A DNA stretch of 64,000 nt from an uncultured Dehalococcoidia bacterium (lineage in GTDB: Bacteria > Chloroflexota > Dehalococcoidia > Lucifugimonadales > GCA-2712585), in the NCBI GenBank assembly GCA_964587385.1, contig CAZPLA010000011.1, positions 1,030 through 65,029 of the forward strand, in the 5' to 3' direction. Shown one piece after another: positions 38,304 through 48,683 of the stretch. The translations under genes and the position numbers were made by a program. Numbering within the stretch: the first letter of the stretch is position 1; every line of letters starts with the position of its first letter. The notes under the pieces were generated by a model. That model was not told the origin of the DNA, did no database searches, and saw nothing but the letters and a program-made list of their open reading frames with translations.

Positions 38304-39566
38304 TTGCGCTATACTCGCGCCCCTCATATAATATTCGAAGATTTATTTCCTGGAGGAAGTGCTTTGAATAACAAGCAAGCAATTGAATCAGCTGGAATAC
38401 ATTTCCAAAACATTCTACATGAACAACTTGCCCGAATCGAAGAGATCAAGGCAAATCAGGAATGGACAAACTTCGATAACATCAAACCTGTTCGAATAGG
38501 AATGTTAGGGGGAGATGGTATAGGCCCGTTTATCTCAGCTGAATCACAGCGGGTATTAGAACGTTTACTTAAAGATGCTGTGAAACAAGGCCAAGTGGTA
38601 TTCGATGATATTCCGGGCCTAACCATAGAAAATCGCGCCAAACATTTGAAGTCAATTCCTGAAGACGTTTTAAATAAAATCAAAGAATGCCACGTAACCC
38701 TGAAGGGGCCTACTCATACTCCAGAAAAAGGAGATCCATGGCCCAATATAGAGAGCGCCAATGTATCGATGAGAAAATCATTAGATTTATTTGCTAACGT
38801 CAGACCTGTCCGATTACCCCAAGAAGGCATAGATTGGACATTCTTCAGGGAAAATACGGAGGATCTCTACGCTGTCGGAAGCCAAGGAATTAATGTTACT
38901 GATGACCTCGCTATTGACTTCCGGGTTATCACCACTCAAGGCTCAGAAAGAATTATAGATGCCGCATTTGCTTATGCCAAACGTAATCAAAAAGACCGTG
39001 TTACTATAGTGACTAAAGCTAACGTTGTAAAAACTACGGATGGCAAATTTCTGGACGTGGCCCGTCAAGTATCTGAAAAATATCCAGGCATAAATTGGGA
39101 TGCATGGTATATAGATATAATGACAGCGAAACTATTAGACCCCGCTAGGAGAAATGAGTTCCAAGTTTTGGCACTCCCTAACTTGTACGGCGATATACTT
39201 ACTGACGAAGCGGCTCAGATACAGGGTGGAGTAGGAACTGCAGGTAGTGCTAATATAGGAAAAAAATATGCTATGTTTGAAGCAATTCATGGAACCGCTC
39301 CACGCATGGTGGAAACTGGCAGAGCCCAATATGCAGACCCTAGTTCTATGATTAGAGCTGGAGCTATGCTATTAGATCACATAGGATATCAAAGCTTATC
39401 TCAACGACTAAACAAAGCTCTAGATATTTGTACCCTGTACGAAAAAGAAGTATTTACAACTGGTAGAGATACTGGAGCAACCGCAGAGGAATTTGGGGAT
39501 TATCTAGTGTCAACTGTAGAAAGATCTGATTTGAACTCTCTATGGCAAACCTACACTCAATCATAA
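38304..39566 (+). CDS. icd: Isocitrate/isopropylmalate dehydrogenase family protein, probable isocitrate dehydrogenase
   Basis: IGMLGGDGIGPFI and NLYGDILTDEAAQIQGGVGTAGSANIG. Adjacent to mdh. The N-terminal ~65 aa and the TTG start are uncertain. Confidence 0.6.
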   Translation: MRYTRAPHIIFEDLFPGGSALNNKQAIESAGIHFQNILHEQLARIEEIKANQEWTNFDNIKPVRIGMLGGDGIGPFISAESQRVLERLLKDAVKQGQVVFDDIPGLTIENRAKHLKSIPEDVLNKIKECHVTLKGPTHTPEKGDPWPNIESANVSMRKSLDLFANVRPVRLPQEGIDWTFFRENTEDLYAVGSQGINVTDDLAIDFRVITTQGSERIIDAAFAYAKRNQKDRVTIVTKANVVKTTDGKFLDVARQVSEKYPGINWDAWYIDIMTAKLLDPARRNEFQVLALPNLYGDILTDEAAQIQGGVGTAGSANIGKKYAMFEAIHGTAPRMVETGRAQYADPSSMIRAGAMLLDHIGYQSLSQRLNKALDICTLYEKEVFTTGRDTGATAEEFGDYLVSTVERSDLNSLWQTYTQS

Positions 39567-39599
39567 ATCAATATTAGTACTTTATAAGGAGAATCGGAT

Positions 39600-40538
39600 A
39601 TGCGCAAAAAGGTCACCGTTGTTGGAGCGGGCAATGTAGGAGCTACAGCTGCTCAGTTAATACATCGCCTAGGTTATGCAGACGTAATACTGGTTGATAT
39701 AGTTGAAGATATGCCTATGGGAAAGGCTCTTGATATGCAGGAATCTGCTCCTCTAATAGGTTCTGACGCAAAAATAATTGGAAGCAACTCATACGAAGAC
39801 ACTGAAGACTCGGACCTGGTTATAATTACCGCAGGAATCGCCCGCAAACCTGGTATGAGTCGAGATGATCTATTATTAACCAATATGAAAATAATTGGGT
39901 CCGTTACAAGAGAAGTAGTAAAGTTTTCTCCTCACTGTCTTATAATGGTGGTGAGTAACCCGCTGGACGCGATGTGCCAACATGCATTCGAGGTTAGCGG
40001 ATTACCGAAACATAGAGTGTTCGGAATGGCAGGCGTGTTAGATACAGCTCGGTTCCGAACTTTCATATCCGAAGAACTTAACGTTTCTGTAGAAGATGTA
40101 CACGCATACGTACTTGGAGGACATGGAGATGACATGGTTCCACTGGTTAGATATACCACTGTTGGTGGAATCCCCATCACTGAATTGTTAGACCAAGAAA
40201 CTATTGATAAATTGGTGCAGCGTGCAAGACAAGGCGGAGCAGAAATAGTATCACTACTTAAAACAGGCAGTGCATACTATGCACCAGCCGCTTCGATTAC
40301 TCAAATGGCTGAGGCGATTCTGCTCGACAAAAAACGAATACTCCCTTGTTGCACATACTTAGAAGGCCAATACGGAATCAATAACCTATGCATGGGAGTG
40401 CCTGTAAAATTAGGAGCAAATGGGATAGAGTCAGTTATAGAGATTACTCTTACTGACGAAGAAAAATCCGCAATGAAAAGATCTGCAGCAAGCGTGCAGG
40501 AATTAGTAGAAGTAATGAACAAAAACCGCTCTAATTGA
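39600..40538 (+). CDS. mdh: Malate dehydrogenase (LDH-like type)
   Basis: [32 protein letters not shown] and GGHGDDMVP. Confidence 0.9.
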   Translation: MRKKVTVVGAGNVGATAAQLIHRLGYADVILVDIVEDMPMGKALDMQESAPLIGSDAKIIGSNSYEDTEDSDLVIITAGIARKPGMSRDDLLLTNMKIIGSVTREVVKFSPHCLIMVVSNPLDAMCQHAFEVSGLPKHRVFGMAGVLDTARFRTFISEELNVSVEDVHAYVLGGHGDDMVPLVRYTTVGGIPITELLDQETIDKLVQRARQGGAEIVSLLKTGSAYYAPAASITQMAEAILLDKKRILPCCTYLEGQYGINNLCMGVPVKLGANGIESVIEITLTDEEKSAMKRSAASVQELVEVMNKNRSN

Positions 40539-40575
40539 AAATTTAAAGCAACGCTCAAGGAAAATAGAGGCTTAA

Positions 40576-41886
40576 ATGGTGAAACGTACCGAGGAAGAAG
40601 AACGACTGCTTGAAAAGGCATTTCGCTTTCTGCCCGGGGGAAGCCTGGGTAACGTAGTGTTTTCTAATGATGATTCATTCATTGTTAAAAAGGGACAGGG
40701 CTCCAAAATATGGGATGTCAGCGGTAACGAGTATATAGACTACTTGATGGGATCAGGCCCTATGGTATTAGGACACTCACATCCCTCCGTGGTTCAAGCA
40801 GTATTAAATGCCGTTGAGAACGGTAGCACCTTTTTCACTATAAATGAATCTGCAGTCATCCTTGCAGAGGAGTTAGTTAAGGCAATCCCATCTGCAGACA
40901 AAGTGCGGTTCACAACAAGTGGCACCGACGCATGTTTTCAAGCCTTAAGAATAGCTCGAGCCTTTAGAAGACGTGAGAAGATCTTGAAATTCGAAGGTGG
41001 GTTTCATGGGAGTAGCGATTATTCCCTAATGAGTAATCCGCCTCAGCTGCTCAACGATTTCCCTAAATCAGAAGCTAGTAGTGCAGGAATACCACATGTT
41101 ATTGAAGAATTGGTGATGGTTGCCCCCTTTAACAATATAGATGTTACAACCAATATTATTGAAAAGCATCACCAGGAACTTGCAGCCGTAATTGTAGAAC
41201 CTGTACAGCGAATACTCGCTCCTGCTCCAGGATTTTTGGAAAGCCTCAGAGAAATCACATCATATTATAATATTCCACTTATATTTGACGAAGTAGTCAC
41301 TGGATTTAGAATGGCTTACGGTGGAGCGCAAGAATTCTATGGCGTAACCCCAGACCTTACCGCAGTTGGCAAAATTATGGGAGGCGGCTTTGCCCTAGGT
41401 GCCGTCTGCGGTAGAGAAGACATCATGTCTGTATACGATCCAAGTCAAACCAAATCCGACAGTTTAGTCAGTCAAATTGGCACTCTAAATGGTAATCCTA
41501 TAGCTGCAGTAGCTGGATTAGCCACATTAAGAGAGCTTAGAAAAGAGGGAGTCTATCAATACCTCTGGCAAATAGGGCGAGAGCTGAGGGATAGCTTAGA
41601 CACCCTTTGTCGTCAGGCTGAGATACCAGCTCAAACTTCAGGTGTAGACCCAGTATTTGACATCATATTCACAAATCAGCCTTTAAATGATTATCGCTCA
41701 ACATTGACAGCCAATAACCAACTAAATAATCTATTCAGAAGTCTGCTTCAAAAACAATCTGTTTTTAGAGGTCCTCAAAAGTTTTATCCATCCCTTGCAC
41801 ACAGTAACGAAGACATACAGTACACAAAAAAAGCGTTCGCTACAGTAATAGAGCAGGTTCTGGAATCTACAGACTCGACAAGTTAG
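40576..41886 (+). CDS. Class III aminotransferase, paralog of glutamate-1-semialdehyde aminomutase
   Basis: FDEVVTGFRMAYGGAQEFYGVTPDLTAVGKIMGGG resembles HemL. The N-terminal PGGSLGNV differs from the HemL PGGVNSPVRAF. Confidence 0.75.
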   Translation: MVKRTEEEERLLEKAFRFLPGGSLGNVVFSNDDSFIVKKGQGSKIWDVSGNEYIDYLMGSGPMVLGHSHPSVVQAVLNAVENGSTFFTINESAVILAEELVKAIPSADKVRFTTSGTDACFQALRIARAFRRREKILKFEGGFHGSSDYSLMSNPPQLLNDFPKSEASSAGIPHVIEELVMVAPFNNIDVTTNIIEKHHQELAAVIVEPVQRILAPAPGFLESLREITSYYNIPLIFDEVVTGFRMAYGGAQEFYGVTPDLTAVGKIMGGGFALGAVCGREDIMSVYDPSQTKSDSLVSQIGTLNGNPIAAVAGLATLRELRKEGVYQYLWQIGRELRDSLDTLCRQAEIPAQTSGVDPVFDIIFTNQPLNDYRSTLTANNQLNNLFRSLLQKQSVFRGPQKFYPSLAHSNEDIQYTKKAFATVIEQVLESTDSTS

Positions 41887-41898
41887 GGGGCCTAAAGC

Positions 41899-43761
41899 AT
41901 GTACGTAGTCGGAACTGCAGGACATGTAGACCATGGCAAGTCAACTTTAATAAAAGCGCTTACAGGAATAGATCCAGATAGACTGCCTCAAGAAAAGCAA
42001 AGAGGAATGACCCTGGATTTGGGATTCGCATGGATGACTCTGCCTTCGGGGCGTCAAGTTAGTATAGTTGATGTTCCAGGACATGAACGATTTGTTAGGC
42101 ACATGCTAGCGGGAGTTGGCGCCATAGATCTAGCCCTCCTGATAATAGCAGCTGACGAAGGTGTAAAGCCTCAAACAACTGAGCACCTTCAAATCCTAAA
42201 TATGCTTAAAACCAAAAGAGTCCTAGTTGTGGTCACTAAATCCGACTTGGTAGACCAGGAAACCCTTGATCTTCTAAATCTCGAATTCGAGGACCTCTTT
42301 AAAGGTACTGTTTGCGAAGAATCCCCGATTATACAGGTCTCCGTACAGAGTGGACATGGACTCGACCACCTAAAGGAAATGATTGACCAGATTCTTAATA
42401 CCACTGAGCAACGCCAAGACCTAGGTAGACCTAGATTGGCTATTGACAGATTTTTTAGCGTATCTGGATTCGGAACAGTGGTAACTGGAACACTAATAGA
42501 TGGCTCATTTGCTACAGGAGATGTTGTTGAAATAGTCCCATCCGGGCTGAACTGCCGTATAAGAGCCATACAATCACACCGCACCACTATGGAGCATTCA
42601 GGGCCTGGACGAAGACTAGCCATTAATCTTTCTGGAATCTCAAACGAAGAAATACGAAGAGGTGATATAGTAACCAAACCTGGATGGCTTAAACCTAGTA
42701 TCATGATTGATGCAGAAATTCAACTTATGCCTAATGCAATTCGTCCCTTAAAACATAACTCTCGTCTTTCATTTCATCTTCTTGTAAGTGAAACCCAGGC
42801 AAGAGTGAGGTTGCTAAACGCTCGAGAGCTTCAGCCAGGTGAACACGCTTGGGCTCAAATTCATCTAACAAGCCCAATTGCATTGGCTAAGGGAGATTTA
42901 TTCATATTGAGAAATACTATGACCACTGTAGGTGGAGGCAGGGTCGTTGATATTGCTCCTAAACGGCATAGGCCTTTCGTTAAATCTGTATTAGAGCGCA
43001 TAGCATTATTAGATGAAGGCACTGTAGAAAGCAGTTTATTAGGTGCATTAGACGAACACAAACCTTCAAACCCAAAAGGGCTTGCTCAAATAACTAATCT
43101 AAACCTAAAGCAAATATTATCATCTATAACAGAGATGTCTAACAAAAAACAACTTGTACTATTGGATGAAATTGAAGCAACCCCTAATTCCGTCATATAT
43201 TCTAACTCAGCCTGGGATAATTTGGAGAGTCGCATAACCCAAGCTATAAATGCCTACCATGAACAACAGCCATTAAGAAGGGGAATCTCAAAGGAAGAAA
43301 TGCGTAGTCGTTTGGACGTTACTCCAGTAATCTTTGCAAAAATACTGAACCGAATGAAGAAAGAAGGAACAATTTCAGAACAGGAAGCCTATCTTCGTTC
43401 TCCCCACCATAGTACTGCGTTAGATGAACAACAAAAACACTTAATTAAATCATTTCTTGATGCCTTGAAATCAAACCCGTATTCTCCTCCCCCAAATCTA
43501 ATTTTGGAACCTGAATTGCTTGCATTACTGGTAAATGAAGGTAAAGTAGTGAAACTAAACAACTCAATAACTTTCTTGGCAGAAACCTACGCTGAAGCTG
43601 TCCAAATTATAAGCGCTCACATCAAATCCCAGGGTAATATTACTGTCGCACAAGCTCGAACTCTGCTAGACTCAAGTCGAAAATATATTCTACCGTTGCT
43701 CGAATACATGGACCAAAATAGAATCACTCGTAGAATCGGAGATCACCGAATATTAAGGTGA
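41899..43761 (+). CDS. selB: Selenocysteine-specific translation elongation factor
   Basis: [48 protein letters not shown] and TKSD. A long C-terminal winged-helix region brings it to 620 aa. Confidence 0.9.
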   Translation: MYVVGTAGHVDHGKSTLIKALTGIDPDRLPQEKQRGMTLDLGFAWMTLPSGRQVSIVDVPGHERFVRHMLAGVGAIDLALLIIAADEGVKPQTTEHLQILNMLKTKRVLVVVTKSDLVDQETLDLLNLEFEDLFKGTVCEESPIIQVSVQSGHGLDHLKEMIDQILNTTEQRQDLGRPRLAIDRFFSVSGFGTVVTGTLIDGSFATGDVVEIVPSGLNCRIRAIQSHRTTMEHSGPGRRLAINLSGISNEEIRRGDIVTKPGWLKPSIMIDAEIQLMPNAIRPLKHNSRLSFHLLVSETQARVRLLNARELQPGEHAWAQIHLTSPIALAKGDLFILRNTMTTVGGGRVVDIAPKRHRPFVKSVLERIALLDEGTVESSLLGALDEHKPSNPKGLAQITNLNLKQILSSITEMSNKKQLVLLDEIEATPNSVIYSNSAWDNLESRITQAINAYHEQQPLRRGISKEEMRSRLDVTPVIFAKILNRMKKEGTISEQEAYLRSPHHSTALDEQQKHLIKSFLDALKSNPYSPPPNLILEPELLALLVNEGKVVKLNNSITFLAETYAEAVQIISAHIKSQGNITVAQARTLLDSSRKYILPLLEYMDQNRITRRIGDHRILR

Positions 43762-43764
43762 ATT

Positions 43765-44970
43765 ATGTCTTTAGATTTTAATAAAACTCTTGTTCAGATG
43801 ACCGATGTCGTTTCTCGAATGAAAACATCCCAAAACGATCGGAATTTAAGGCTTTCATTGGCGGCAAAAATAATGAAGGCTACCAAAGAAAATGATCTAA
43901 AGGAAAAACTTTCGTTGGCAAAAGATCGCCCCTTTTTATGGGCTAACCCAAGTTCCGAGCTTGGAACCGGTCATTCACCAACCGAATTGCCTGAGGAGTA
44001 TGCTGTAGTTGCAGCGGATGGTTCTCATATAGATGTGGATCGACACTTACCCGTTCCATGCTCTCTAATCAACATAGGAACTTGTATCCTTCAATACGGA
44101 ACTCATCCAAATGCTCACTTAAGTAATTACCCTAAGCTTTATTCGGACGAAGGATTGTACCTTACTGAACATGGAACCACGACCAGAGAAGTCGCCATAG
44201 AGGGCCCCGTTCTTGGATTTAAGCGCACCATAGATGAGGTGCGCGAGTTAGAAAAATTGATATCAGAAATTCCCCCAACAATACCAACATTAGCTTTAGT
44301 AGATGGTTCTCTTGTTTTGTGGGGCTTGTCAGGACAAGGATACCCTAATCTAGTCCGTCAAGAGTTCTTGGACAAAGGCATTTTGCCAATCCTAGACAAC
44401 CTAAAACAAGTTGCACAGAATAGGACTATAAGTGTTGCAGCATATGTTAGTCTTCCTAGAAGTACCGAAGTCGTCAATGCGTTACGGCTCTACCTCTGTG
44501 ATACCAATGCAGTTGAATGCAAAAGATCATGCTCAAACCGAATGTCCCCTTTTAAACCCTGCGATCTACCTAACGAACTCTTAGATAGAGAACTTTTCGA
44601 TATTCTATTAAAACCTGGACAGAGATCCGAGCTATTTTTCACAAATTCATCTATAGTCCGCGAGCATTACAACGGCCACCAAATATATTTCTTCTATATC
44701 AACAATGGACAAGAAATCGCTAGGATAGAAGTTCCTGACTGGGTCGCAACAAACGAAACTTTGGTTTCTTTAACTCATGCTTTGATTTTAGACCAATGTT
44801 ATAAAGGTAGAGGATATCCAGTATCAATTTCCGAAGCACATCAACAGGCCGTTATTAATGGTTCAGATCGACAAACATTTAAAGATATGTTAAGTTCTGC
44901 TCTCACGCGACAGGGCCTTCCAACTTACACCTCTGAAAAAACTCGCTCAAAAAGGCTAGCTTGGCTATAA
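43765..44970 (+). CDS. nurA: NurA-domain 5'-3' nuclease
   Basis: VVAADGSH, ALVDGSLVLWG and GYPVSISEAHQQAVI match the NurA catalytic Asp motifs and the C-terminal YP..(E/R)AH motif. The start lies 3 nt after the selB stop. Confidence 0.7.
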   Translation: MSLDFNKTLVQMTDVVSRMKTSQNDRNLRLSLAAKIMKATKENDLKEKLSLAKDRPFLWANPSSELGTGHSPTELPEEYAVVAADGSHIDVDRHLPVPCSLINIGTCILQYGTHPNAHLSNYPKLYSDEGLYLTEHGTTTREVAIEGPVLGFKRTIDEVRELEKLISEIPPTIPTLALVDGSLVLWGLSGQGYPNLVRQEFLDKGILPILDNLKQVAQNRTISVAAYVSLPRSTEVVNALRLYLCDTNAVECKRSCSNRMSPFKPCDLPNELLDRELFDILLKPGQRSELFFTNSSIVREHYNGHQIYFFYINNGQEIARIEVPDWVATNETLVSLTHALILDQCYKGRGYPVSISEAHQQAVINGSDRQTFKDMLSSALTRQGLPTYTSEKTRSKRLAWL

Positions 44971-44977
44971 TCTAACC

Positions 44978-45547
44978 ATGTCAGAACGAATAGGGGAAAT
45001 AATAGAGGCCAATACCAATAGTTTCATTGTCCAATGTTATAAACTCTATGAATCTCCACCACTAGGCTCAATCATACAAAGCGGAACACCTACAATATTT
45101 GGGGTGATATCCGAAATAACTACTGAACCATTGGACCCTTCTAGGCCAATAATTGCTATAGGGCATGACGAACCTACAGAAGATGAAATATATCGCAGTA
45201 ACCCTCAACTCAATAACTTGCTGTGTACCAGGTTAACCTCACTCACTATAGGATACTCAGACGGCGATAATGTTTATCATGGGTTCCCTCCCCATCCGCC
45301 CAGAATACATTCATTCGTTTATCTATCGGGAAATCATAATATCGAAAGTTTAGCCAAATCATTTGATTTTCTGCATTTACTGTTAACCAGCGGAGCCGGT
45401 GACGAGGTCATTTCGGCATGTTTACGTCAAATAAGCCAAAGGGTTCAAGACGGTTATACATTCCTTGTTGAATCAGGACAGGCACTCGCAACAGAACTAG
45501 TTGGTCAATTCCCTCGCCTCAATGCTATTCTTAGGAGGCTATCATGA
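44978..45547 (+). CDS. Hypothetical 189-aa protein whose N-terminal ~60 aa resemble a stand-alone HerA-type (HAS) barrel
   Basis: RIGEIIEANTNSFIVQC...PPLGSIIQSG..TIFGVISEITTE follows the same pattern as the N-terminus of the downstream HerA (LLGHVVSGSLRDGIEIRM...IKEGTYVTIHG..SFFGLITNVKL). The stop overlaps the herA ATG (ATGA). Confidence 0.4.
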   Translation: MSERIGEIIEANTNSFIVQCYKLYESPPLGSIIQSGTPTIFGVISEITTEPLDPSRPIIAIGHDEPTEDEIYRSNPQLNNLLCTRLTSLTIGYSDGDNVYHGFPPHPPRIHSFVYLSGNHNIESLAKSFDFLHLLLTSGAGDEVISACLRQISQRVQDGYTFLVESGQALATELVGQFPRLNAILRRLS

Positions 45548-47211
45548 TTGTTGAGGACAACATGGCTCAATCAAACGAACAGAGCTTGTTGGGTCATGTA
45601 GTCAGTGGCTCTCTACGTGATGGCATTGAAATTCGGATGGGTAATCAGATATCGGTTGAGGACATAAAAGAAGGTACATACGTAACAATACATGGCCAAA
45701 AAAAGTCATTTTTCGGATTAATTACCAATGTCAAATTAATGACTACAGACCCCAATCTTCAATTTTCTTATTCCGCAACAGACAACCCTTTCATCTCTGA
45801 AATCATCTCATCAAGCATGACATACGGCAGTCTCTCGGTGCTCCCTATGCTAACGCTCCCTGCAGTACTTGGGACTGAAGAGACCGTGGAACCAGCCAAA
45901 ACTGTACCGTCTCATTTTTCACAAGTCTTCCAGGCTTCCGAACGTGATGTCGAAGTCGTCTTCGGGAAAGAGGATAAAACACACTTTTTTATAGGTAATC
46001 CTCTAGATATGGAAACAAAAGTATGTATCAACCTTGACGAGCTCATTAAACGTTCATCAGCAGTTTTTGGGAAAAGTGGCACAGGCAAAACCTTTCTAAC
46101 TAGAATTCTATTAGCCGGGTTAATACAGAGTGACCTCGCATCCAGCCTAGTGTTTGACATGCACAATGAATATGGTTCAACCGGCCAAGACCGAGACAGA
46201 GGAAGACGCGTAAGTGGGCTCAAACAAATCTTTGAGAACAAGGTTGCCGTTTTTACACTTGATCCTGAAAATAGCAAGAGAAGACAGGCAAAATATGACT
46301 TTGAGGTCCAAATAGGTTATGACGAAATCGAACCGGAAGACATACAACTCCTACAAGCAACGCTGAACTTGTCTAATGTCGCTGCCGAGGCAGCCTATAC
46401 TTTTGAAGCAAAACTCGGAGGACCTAAAAAATGGCTCCATGCATTCCTCGAAATGGAAATCGAAGATGTTTATACACTAGCTCAATGCAACGGAGTAAAT
46501 TTACAGGCAGCCCGATCACTACATAATCGACTAACTCGGTTTAAACGCATTGGGTTTATGAAACCTACCGCCATAGATGATTCAGTTAAACGTATGCTAG
46601 ACCTGTTAAACAAAGGCAAACATGTGATCCTTGAGTTTGGTCGATACGGGGATGATCTCACCGCTTATATGCTCGCAGCTAATTTATTGACTCGCAGAAT
46701 ACATAATCGTTATGTATACATGAAAACAGAGGCCGAAGGAACCACTAAAGCCAATGAACCCAGACCATTAGTAATTTGCATTGAAGAGGCTCATAGATTT
46801 CTAAATCCAGCCGTAGCACACCAGACTATCTTCGGAAATATCGCGAGAGAATTGCGAAAATATAATGTTACCCTGATGATAATAGATCAACGGCCTAGTG
46901 CAATTGATTCGGAAGTAATGAGCCAAATAGGAACCAAGCTTGCTTGCCAACTCGACAACGATAGAGATATAGATGCCACTCTAGGTGGTACGTCTGGAAG
47001 TCGAGAATTAAGGTCTGTATTATCTAAACTAGATTCCAAACAACAAGCTTTGATTTTCGGCCATGCCGTACCACTGCCAGTTCTTGTCCGCACACGCGAA
47101 TACGGTTCAGATGGCTCATATACAGACCTAACCAGACCATCATGGCACACAACTGATTTCGGCATTGAGACCGAAGAAGAATTAGAGGAAAGATTAAAAG
47201 AATTATTCTAG
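45544..47211 (+). CDS. herA: HerA-like (DUF87/FtsK-HerA superfamily) hexameric ATPase
   Basis: N-terminal barrel, Walker A FGKSGTGKTFL, Walker B PLVICIEEAHRFL, then MIIDQRPSAIDSEVMSQIGTKLACQLDNDRD. Confidence 0.8.
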   Translation: MIVEDNMAQSNEQSLLGHVVSGSLRDGIEIRMGNQISVEDIKEGTYVTIHGQKKSFFGLITNVKLMTTDPNLQFSYSATDNPFISEIISSSMTYGSLSVLPMLTLPAVLGTEETVEPAKTVPSHFSQVFQASERDVEVVFGKEDKTHFFIGNPLDMETKVCINLDELIKRSSAVFGKSGTGKTFLTRILLAGLIQSDLASSLVFDMHNEYGSTGQDRDRGRRVSGLKQIFENKVAVFTLDPENSKRRQAKYDFEVQIGYDEIEPEDIQLLQATLNLSNVAAEAAYTFEAKLGGPKKWLHAFLEMEIEDVYTLAQCNGVNLQAARSLHNRLTRFKRIGFMKPTAIDDSVKRMLDLLNKGKHVILEFGRYGDDLTAYMLAANLLTRRIHNRYVYMKTEAEGTTKANEPRPLVICIEEAHRFLNPAVAHQTIFGNIARELRKYNVTLMIIDQRPSAIDSEVMSQIGTKLACQLDNDRDIDATLGGTSGSRELRSVLSKLDSKQQALIFGHAVPLPVLVRTREYGSDGSYTDLTRPSWHTTDFGIETEEELEERLKELF

Positions 47212-47325
47212 ATTCCTAAATTAAAATGAGAGTTTCAGAGCTATAATTACAAATCATTTAATCCAATGCACAATCGATTTACAAATTAATCTCTAGTTGA
47301 AAAAAGTTAATTCAGGAGGATTCCA

Positions 47326-48387
47326 TTGAGCATCCTAGAACAAATGTATACTGGTTCTCATGAACAACTTTTAATTTGTTCAGAACCATCAGTAGGATTG
47401 AAAGCTCTAATAGCTATCCATGACACCACCTTGGGCCCAGCATGTGGAGGTTGTAGGATATGGCCCCATAAAACTGAAGAAGACGCAATTTCCGACGTTT
47501 TACGTCTTTCTCAAGCAATGACATATAAGGCAGCTGCCGCTGATCTCTCATTAGGAGGTGGTAAAGCTTTGATAATCGCAGATCCTCGGACTGATAAAAC
47601 TGAGGGATTAATGCGAGCCCTAGGGGTCTTCATAGACTCTCTAGGAGGAAAGTACATTACCACCGAGGATGTTGGATGCACGCCCAGAGACATAGAATAC
47701 GTAGCCAGAGAAACCCAATATGCTGTAGGTCTCCCTACATCTATGGGAGGTAGCGGAGAAACATCCATAATGACCGGACTAGGAGTCTATCTTGGAATGA
47801 AGGCCTGCGCCAAATCAAAATGGGGATCGGATTCATTGTCCGGAAAGAGAATTGCTTTACAAGGTTTTGGTCATGTATCAGAAAGACTAGCTCCTCACCT
47901 AATAAAGGAAGGAGCTCAATTAATAGTCTGTGACCTTTACGAAGACGCTACTGAAAAAGCCAAGGCGCTTGGAGCTCAAATAGTTGAACCAAAAGATATT
48001 TATGACGTTGATTGCGATATTTTCGCCCCAAACGCTCTTGGTGGAGTTTTAAATAACACTACAATACCACGACTGAAATGCGACATAATCGCTGGAGGGG
48101 CAAATAATCAACTTCTTACAAAAGACGATGCCATAACTATTACTAAGAAAAACATATTGTACGGGCCTGACTATATCATCAATGCTGGAGGCATAATTAA
48201 CGCGTCCTGTGAAATAGGTTCTGCCTACAGCGAATCACGAGCTAAGGCACAAACGGAAAGGATCTATGAAACAACATTGAACGTTATTGAAATCTCCAAG
48301 AGAGAGGACATCACTACTGCAGAAGCCGCAGACCGACTTGCCAAAAATAGGATCGAAACTATCAAAGCCCTACGCAGGTTTAAGTAA
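47326..48387 (+). CDS. Leucine/valine/phenylalanine dehydrogenase family (Glu/Leu/Phe/Val DH)
   Basis: GPACGGCRIW, KAAAADLSLGGGKALI and the Rossmann motif LQGFGHV. TTG start. Confidence 0.85.
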   Translation: MSILEQMYTGSHEQLLICSEPSVGLKALIAIHDTTLGPACGGCRIWPHKTEEDAISDVLRLSQAMTYKAAAADLSLGGGKALIIADPRTDKTEGLMRALGVFIDSLGGKYITTEDVGCTPRDIEYVARETQYAVGLPTSMGGSGETSIMTGLGVYLGMKACAKSKWGSDSLSGKRIALQGFGHVSERLAPHLIKEGAQLIVCDLYEDATEKAKALGAQIVEPKDIYDVDCDIFAPNALGGVLNNTTIPRLKCDIIAGGANNQLLTKDDAITITKKNILYGPDYIINAGGIINASCEIGSAYSESRAKAQTERIYETTLNVIEISKREDITTAEAADRLAKNRIETIKALRRFK

Positions 48388-48411
48388 AAATTAACATCGG
48401 ATGAAACTTAT

Positions 48412-48678
48412 TTAATTTATAACTACACTGCAGGCACCTGCTACCGTTTTATGCGTTCCATCACAAAAAGGCTTGGTGTTTGAATTACCGCAACCACACA
48501 ACGATACTCTTCTCTTCCCTAATGTCTCGAATTCATTTCCATCGACATCAACTATTTTAAAAGAGTTCTTAGCCCCCTCTATTCTGATGGGTCCAGTAGA
48601 CTTAATTGTAATCAGAACAGGATCATTAACCGTTTGCGTTTCCTCTGAATCATCTTTATTCATATGTTCATACTCCAT
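48412..48678 (-). CDS. CDGSH-type iron-sulfur domain protein
   Basis: CGCGNSNTKPFCDGTH motif. Confidence 0.8.
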   Translation of the reverse strand: MEYEHMNKDDSEETQTVNDPVLITIKSTGPIRIEGAKNSFKIVDVDGNEFETLGKRRVSLCGCGNSNTKPFCDGTHKTVAGACSVVIN

Positions 48679-48683
48679 TGCAC

